Source: Candidatus Hydrogenedentota bacterium
GTDB lineage: Bacteria > Hydrogenedentota > Hydrogenedentia > Hydrogenedentales > SLHB01
Direction of reading: 5' to 3'
Length of the DNA stretch: 13,535 nucleotides
Assembly: GCA_029974275.1 (NCBI GenBank)
Contig: JARKSN010000300.1
Span: 1 to 13,535, forward strand
Position 1 is the stretch's first letter. Each line of letters opens with the position of its first letter. Under the pieces are notes generated by a model that did no database searches, was not told where the DNA came from, and saw nothing but the letters and a program-made list of their open reading frames with translations. The translations under genes were made by a program, and so were the position numbers. Shown piece after piece: positions 9,569 to 13,535 of the stretch.

Positions 9569-9714
9569 AAAATCCAGGTTGACACTGTCACAATGACCGT
9601 GCCCACAACGCGGCAACAGGGAGCAATGCGAGGGCGCCCATCGGCATAGCGACACGAAACAATAGCCCACTTGGATCGCAAAAAATGCCGGCGCCCGTGC
9701 GAGGAGGTCGCGAG

Positions 9715-10149
9715 ATGGAACCAAGAACGACAACCGCCCCCGGCAGGTTGCGCGACGCCTCCGGGATGACCCTCCTCGAGCTCATGATCGCCGCCGGCAT
9801 CATGGCGATGGCATTCGTCTATCTCGCGGGATCGATCATCTCCGTCGCCTCCACGAACAGTATCTCCGAGGGTCAAACCTTGGCGCACGCCCATGCCTCC
9901 AGCGTCTTGGAAGACATCAAAAACACCCCCTTCGCCAACTGGACTTCCTACGCCCCGCCCGTCATGACGGGGCTTGGGGCCGGCGAGCAAATCCAAGTGC
10001 ACGTAGCGACGGCGAACGGAGCGTGGGTGGCGCTCCCAACGGCCAATCTGGCCGCGCCCAACCCCGCCCAGGTGCGCGTAACCATCAACTGGACGGACCG
10101 CAAGGGCCGCCCCCTTCAGGTGCGGGCGTCAACGCTCGTGGCGCGGTGA
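9715..10149 (+). CDS. Type IV minor pilin, PilV/GspI-like, 144 aa
   Basis: Class III signal peptide RLRDASG|MTLLELMIAAGIMAMAF with Glu+5, and C-terminal beta-strands (QVRVTINWTD...VRASTLV). Start ATG 9715 with AGGAGG at 9702-9707. Confidence 0.88.
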   Translation: MEPRTTTAPGRLRDASGMTLLELMIAAGIMAMAFVYLAGSIISVASTNSISEGQTLAHAHASSVLEDIKNTPFANWTSYAPPVMTGLGAGEQIQVHVATANGAWVALPTANLAAPNPAQVRVTINWTDRKGRPLQVRASTLVAR

Positions 10150-10154
10150 ACCCC

Positions 10155-10781
10155 ATGAAAAACGCAAACAACCGAGGCATGACGCTGCTCGAAGTGATGG
10201 TGTCGATGGCCATTCTCGCCATGGTCAGCGGGGTGCTGTTTTTGTTGAGCGACAGCATTGGCCGGGCGGCCCGCGTGCAAAACGCGCAAATCGCGGCGCA
10301 GGACGACACCCGCACGGCCATGGCGGTCATTGTGCGCGAGCTTTTGTCGGCATCGATGGCCTCCATCAACACCGCCCAATTGCCGGGAGATGTGCTGACC
10401 TATCGCAAGGCGATGGACGTGGACGGAAACGGCTCCGCGGTGGACGCCGGCGTGCGGCTCGAGCTCGGCCCCGTCTGCCAGATTCGCCGCGACCTCAACG
10501 ATCTGAACGGCGACGGCCTGACGCGGACCCAACTCGTCCTGGTCCAAGGCAACACCGTGCGCGTGCTGGCGAACGGTTTGTTCGCCAACGAAGACGCCAA
10601 TCAAAACGGCGTGCTGAACGCCGGAGAAGACGCCAACGGGAATGGACGCCTCGATCAAGGCGTGTGGTTCCGGCCGCGCGGAAGCGGAATGGTCGTCACG
10701 CTGCAAACAGAGCGGCGCGCCGACATCCGCGGGCGCACCCTCCGCTCGGACCTGGAAGAATTCGTCGTCCCGAGGAACTAA
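10155..10781 (+). CDS. Type IV minor pilin, PilW/GspJ-like, with Dx[DN]x[DN]G calcium-binding-like loops, 208 aa
   Basis: MKNANNRG|MTLLEVMVSMAIL prepilin motif, helix ending in IVREL, and a C-terminal V-x-PRN. Starts 5 nt after the previous stop. Confidence 0.88.
   Translation: MKNANNRGMTLLEVMVSMAILAMVSGVLFLLSDSIGRAARVQNAQIAAQDDTRTAMAVIVRELLSASMASINTAQLPGDVLTYRKAMDVDGNGSAVDAGVRLELGPVCQIRRDLNDLNGDGLTRTQLVLVQGNTVRVLANGLFANEDANQNGVLNAGEDANGNGRLDQGVWFRPRGSGMVVTLQTERRADIRGRTLRSDLEEFVVPRN
10590..10661 (+). repeat. Intragenic tandem 36-nt (12-aa) repeat EDANQNGVLNAG / EDANGNGRLDQG
   Basis: gaagacgccaa begins at both 10590 and 10626. Confidence 0.8.
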
Positions 10782-10783
10782 CC

Positions 10784-12460
10784 ATGAAACAACCCCATTT
10801 CATCCAGCGGGAAGAAGGCGTCGCGCTGCTGACGGCCACGATCTTCATCGCAATCGCCGTGATCGTCCTGGGCGCGCTGTCCACCCGCGCCATCACCCAA
10901 AACAATCAAGTCTCGCAATACGTCACGCACGGCAACTGCCTGCAGGGCGTCGAGGCGGGCATCGCCCAAAGCCTCGCAAGCATCGAAGCCGGCGGCTCCG
11001 GAAACATCGGGCTCGGCGCGTGGGCGCCCAGCGTCTCGCAAGGCGCCATCGTCCTGCCCCATTTCGATTCTCAAGGCATCGCCCCCGTCGCGCTCGCCGC
11101 CATGCCCCGGATAACCTACTTCGCCTTCGCCCAGAACTGGATCAGCGACGGCCTCGACAACAACGGCGACGGCGCCATCGACAACGGCGTGGAAAACGGC
11201 GTTTTCACCATCTACGCTTCCGCGCGCAACGCCGGCGTCACGCGACGGGTCGAGGCGGTCTACAAACGGGTCGACGTGAACGTCTGGCGCAACGCCATCT
11301 TCGCCGGGGCCGGTCAATCCGGCGGGCTCATCAACGGCAACGTCAGCATTCACGGTTCCGTTCACCTCCTGGGCAACAACATCCTTGCCGGCGGGGCCGC
11401 CATCGAAGCCATCGATCTGAGCGGCACCAGCCTCATCCACAACAACTACGTCGGCATTCCCGCCGACTTGCAGGCCCGCATTCCGCCGCTGCCCACCACC
11501 GTCTTCGGCGGCGAAACCGTCCAAACGCTCGAAGCCAAGCTCCGCGTGCGCAGAGGGCTTGTCGGCATGTCCGGCAACTCGGAAATCGGCGAAGCCAACG
11601 TCGCCGGCAACGCCATCAAGGAAACCATGGACGGAGCCTACGTGAACGATGGCTGGTCGGGCACCTCCGTCGTCAGCGACGGCGGCCGCGGCGATCCGCG
11701 TAATGTCTTCAGCGATAACGGCTGGGACGCCGTCTACGATCTCGGCGATCGCGTGCCGTTTCCGACCTTGGACTCGAATTGGCGCGATCCCCTCACGGGC
11801 CTTACCGCCATCAACCCCGGCACGGGCGCGCTGTACACCCACGATCAATACTTTCAGACGCTGGCCAGCACGCCGTACAACGGCAACATCACGATCACGG
11901 CCAACGCGAACTTCTACTACAACGCCACGCGGCCAGCCGACCCAAACCCCGCCAACATCCAGCCCGGAGACGACTACATCTATTACAATGGCACGACCAA
12001 GCAACTGAGGGTCAACGGCCAGATTCAAGTGAACGGATCGCTCACCATAAACCGCGGCGGCGGCAACGACAAGACCATCCATTACACCGGCCGCGCGGCG
12101 CTGTTGGTCAAGGGCGACGTCACGCTCAACACGGACCTGCTCTCGGTCAACGCGAACGGAACCACCGCCAACAGTTTCCCCGTCAACAACATCCTCGGCA
12201 TCATGGCCCAAAACAACATGTACGTCGGCAGCGTGTCCCAACTGAGCCTCATGGGCGCCTTTTACGCGCAAGGCATGATCCGTTCCACCAAGCAAACCAT
12301 CGTCACGGGAACCTTCGTGTCCAACTATTTCGACATGGGAACGAACGTTCCCGAGATCTATCAAGTGCCCGCACTGGCCGACAACCTGCCGCTCGGCATG
12401 ATCGGAGCCTATCCCATTTGGGTGCTCACGAAGGTTTCATGGAGGGAATTGGGCGCATGA
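10784..12460 (+). CDS. Large PilX/GspK-like minor pilin with a beta-rich C-terminal domain, 558 aa
   Basis: REEG|VALLTATIFIAIAVIVLGAL lacks Glu+5, as PilX does. It is followed by an A-x-x-G-V-E-A-G-like helix (CLQGVEAGI), pilin strands FTIYASAR...RRVEAVY, a long N/G/T/V/I-rich region and a terminal SWREL. ATG 10784 with GAGG upstream. Confidence 0.85.
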   Translation: MKQPHFIQREEGVALLTATIFIAIAVIVLGALSTRAITQNNQVSQYVTHGNCLQGVEAGIAQSLASIEAGGSGNIGLGAWAPSVSQGAIVLPHFDSQGIAPVALAAMPRITYFAFAQNWISDGLDNNGDGAIDNGVENGVFTIYASARNAGVTRRVEAVYKRVDVNVWRNAIFAGAGQSGGLINGNVSIHGSVHLLGNNILAGGAAIEAIDLSGTSLIHNNYVGIPADLQARIPPLPTTVFGGETVQTLEAKLRVRRGLVGMSGNSEIGEANVAGNAIKETMDGAYVNDGWSGTSVVSDGGRGDPRNVFSDNGWDAVYDLGDRVPFPTLDSNWRDPLTGLTAINPGTGALYTHDQYFQTLASTPYNGNITITANANFYYNATRPADPNPANIQPGDDYIYYNGTTKQLRVNGQIQVNGSLTINRGGGNDKTIHYTGRAALLVKGDVTLNTDLLSVNANGTTANSFPVNNILGIMAQNNMYVGSVSQLSLMGAFYAQGMIRSTKQTIVTGTFVSNYFDMGTNVPEIYQVPALADNLPLGMIGAYPIWVLTKVSWRELGA

Positions 12461-12978
12461 ACCGGAAACAACTGATCTCTTTCGCGCGGGACTCGTGGAT
12501 TCTCATCCTCATCGTGATCGGATGCATCGCGTTCGCGCTGTATTACAAGGAGACGCAGCCCGACGCCCCGGCGGACGCCGCAGTCGCCCCCGCCGAATCC
12601 ACGGTCGGTTCCACAGAGGGCGCGCAAATCTTCGCCCCCGACGCCGAACGCCAAAGCGCCCTCAAAATCATCCAGGAACATCAGGCCCAATACGATGCCG
12701 ACCGCACCGGGCCTGATGCGCCCGCCCTTCTCTTCGCCATGGGCAACCTGTATCTGCACAAACTGCTGGACCGCCAAGAGGCCGCCCGGTGCTACGAACT
12801 CGTTGCCGCCAAATTCCCCGATTGGGACGGCATTTCCATGGTCTACCAACAGCTCATCGTCTGCTACCAGGAATTGCGAGACCGCGAAAACGAGCTGCAT
12901 ACGTACCGGCGCATGATGGAACGCTTCCCTCCCGACTCCCAGGAACACCTCTACGCCAAGGCCCAGATCAACGGATAA
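12457..12978 (+). CDS. Membrane-anchored TPR protein, 173 aa
   Basis: N-terminal TM segment (WILILIVIGCIAFALYY), an A/P-rich linker, and TPR-like helices (ALLFAMGNLY...EAARCYELVAAKFPD; VYQQLIVCYQ...YRRMMERFPPDS). ATGA overlap with the pilX-like stop and GGAGG upstream. Confidence 0.82.
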   Translation: MNRKQLISFARDSWILILIVIGCIAFALYYKETQPDAPADAAVAPAESTVGSTEGAQIFAPDAERQSALKIIQEHQAQYDADRTGPDAPALLFAMGNLYLHKLLDRQEAARCYELVAAKFPDWDGISMVYQQLIVCYQELRDRENELHTYRRMMERFPPDSQEHLYAKAQING

Positions 12979-13002
12979 AAAGCGTCTTCTCCGCGGCATT
13001 TG

Positions 13003-13533
13003 TTACAGCAGCATCACTTCCTCGAAGCGGCAACGCTTGGGATCATCCCGCGGCGGCAATTCCTGCGTCGGGTTTGGCGGCGGGCCACAAGCGGCGCCAA
13101 TCACCCGCGCCAGTTCGTCCGCATCCACGGCGCCGTCGCTGTATGCCGCAACCTCGATGAACGCGCGATAGACTTCGTCCACTTGCGCGTCGGTCAAACG
13201 ATAGCCCATGCGCGCCGCGTGGTGCGCGACGGCGCCGCGACCCGATCGCGAGGTCATCACGAAGCGATGTCCCGGCGCGCCGACCATCGCGGGCGGCACG
13301 AACTCGTAGGTGCTCGGGTCTTTCAGGATGCCGTCCTGATGGATGCCGGAGCTGTGTGCGAAGGCATTTGCCCCTACAACCGCGCGGTTGGGTTGCACCG
13401 GCACGCGCGTAACCTCGGCGACGTGCGCGCTCAAGGCGGTGACTTGTTGCACGTCGACGCCGGACTCGGCGATGCGCTTCATCGCCATCGCCACGGCGAC
13501 TTCCTCCAACGCGGCGTTGCCCGCGCGTTCGCC
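13003..13533 (-). CDS. leuA: 2-isopropylmalate synthase-like enzyme (DRE-TIM family), 3' part only; 5' end beyond the window; lacks the C-terminal regulatory domain
   Basis: GERAGNAALEEV at the window edge, PNRAVVGANAFAHSSGIHQDGILK, TYE, SRSGR. Confidence 0.8.
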   Translation of the reverse strand, partial: GERAGNAALEEVAVAMAMKRIAESGVDVQQVTALSAHVAEVTRVPVQPNRAVVGANAFAHSSGIHQDGILKDPSTYEFVPPAMVGAPGHRFVMTSRSGRGAVAHHAARMGYRLTDAQVDEVYRAFIEVAAYSDGAVDADELARVIGAACGPPPNPTQELPPRDDPKRCRFEEVMLL

Positions 13534-13535
13534 GA

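Noticed and set aside
10778..12364. 528-aa minus-strand ORF antisense to the pilX-like gene (also 4385..5926 and 4387..5700 over the 625-aa gene)
   Set aside because: Shadow or alternative-frame ORFs of real high-GC genes with no independent coding evidence.
12979..13002. Bidirectional terminator between the convergent TPR and leuA-like genes
   Set aside because: The 24-nt gap has no convincing hairpin with a U-tract.

Overview
High-GC bacterial chromosomal window with no mobile element or CRISPR array. From left to right it contains: (1) a minus-strand 16S rRNA gene, cut off at its 3' end by the window edge, with a structured leader, a boxA-like site and two tandem sigma70 promoters; (2) a minus-strand four-gene surface-glycan operon (GT2, two polytopic GT-C-like membrane proteins, GT2); (3) a VLCAD/FadE-type acyl-CoA dehydrogenase; (4) a divergent plus-strand operon of three type IV minor pilins (PilV-, PilW- and an unusually large PilX-like protein) plus a membrane-anchored TPR protein, preceded by a good sigma54 -24/-12 promoter and candidate enhancer sites; (5) the 3' part of a short-form 2-isopropylmalate-synthase-like gene. 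The best candidate for an undescribed system is the self-contained pilus-tip module, which has Ca2+-loop motifs, a PilX-adhesin fusion and a coupled TPR gene but no PilY1. Also notable are an 806R primer mismatch in the conserved 790 loop of the 16S and an AT-rich double palindrome upstream of the rrn promoters. The lineage appears to be a poorly characterised phylum; Ca. Hydrogenedentota is only a tentative impression.
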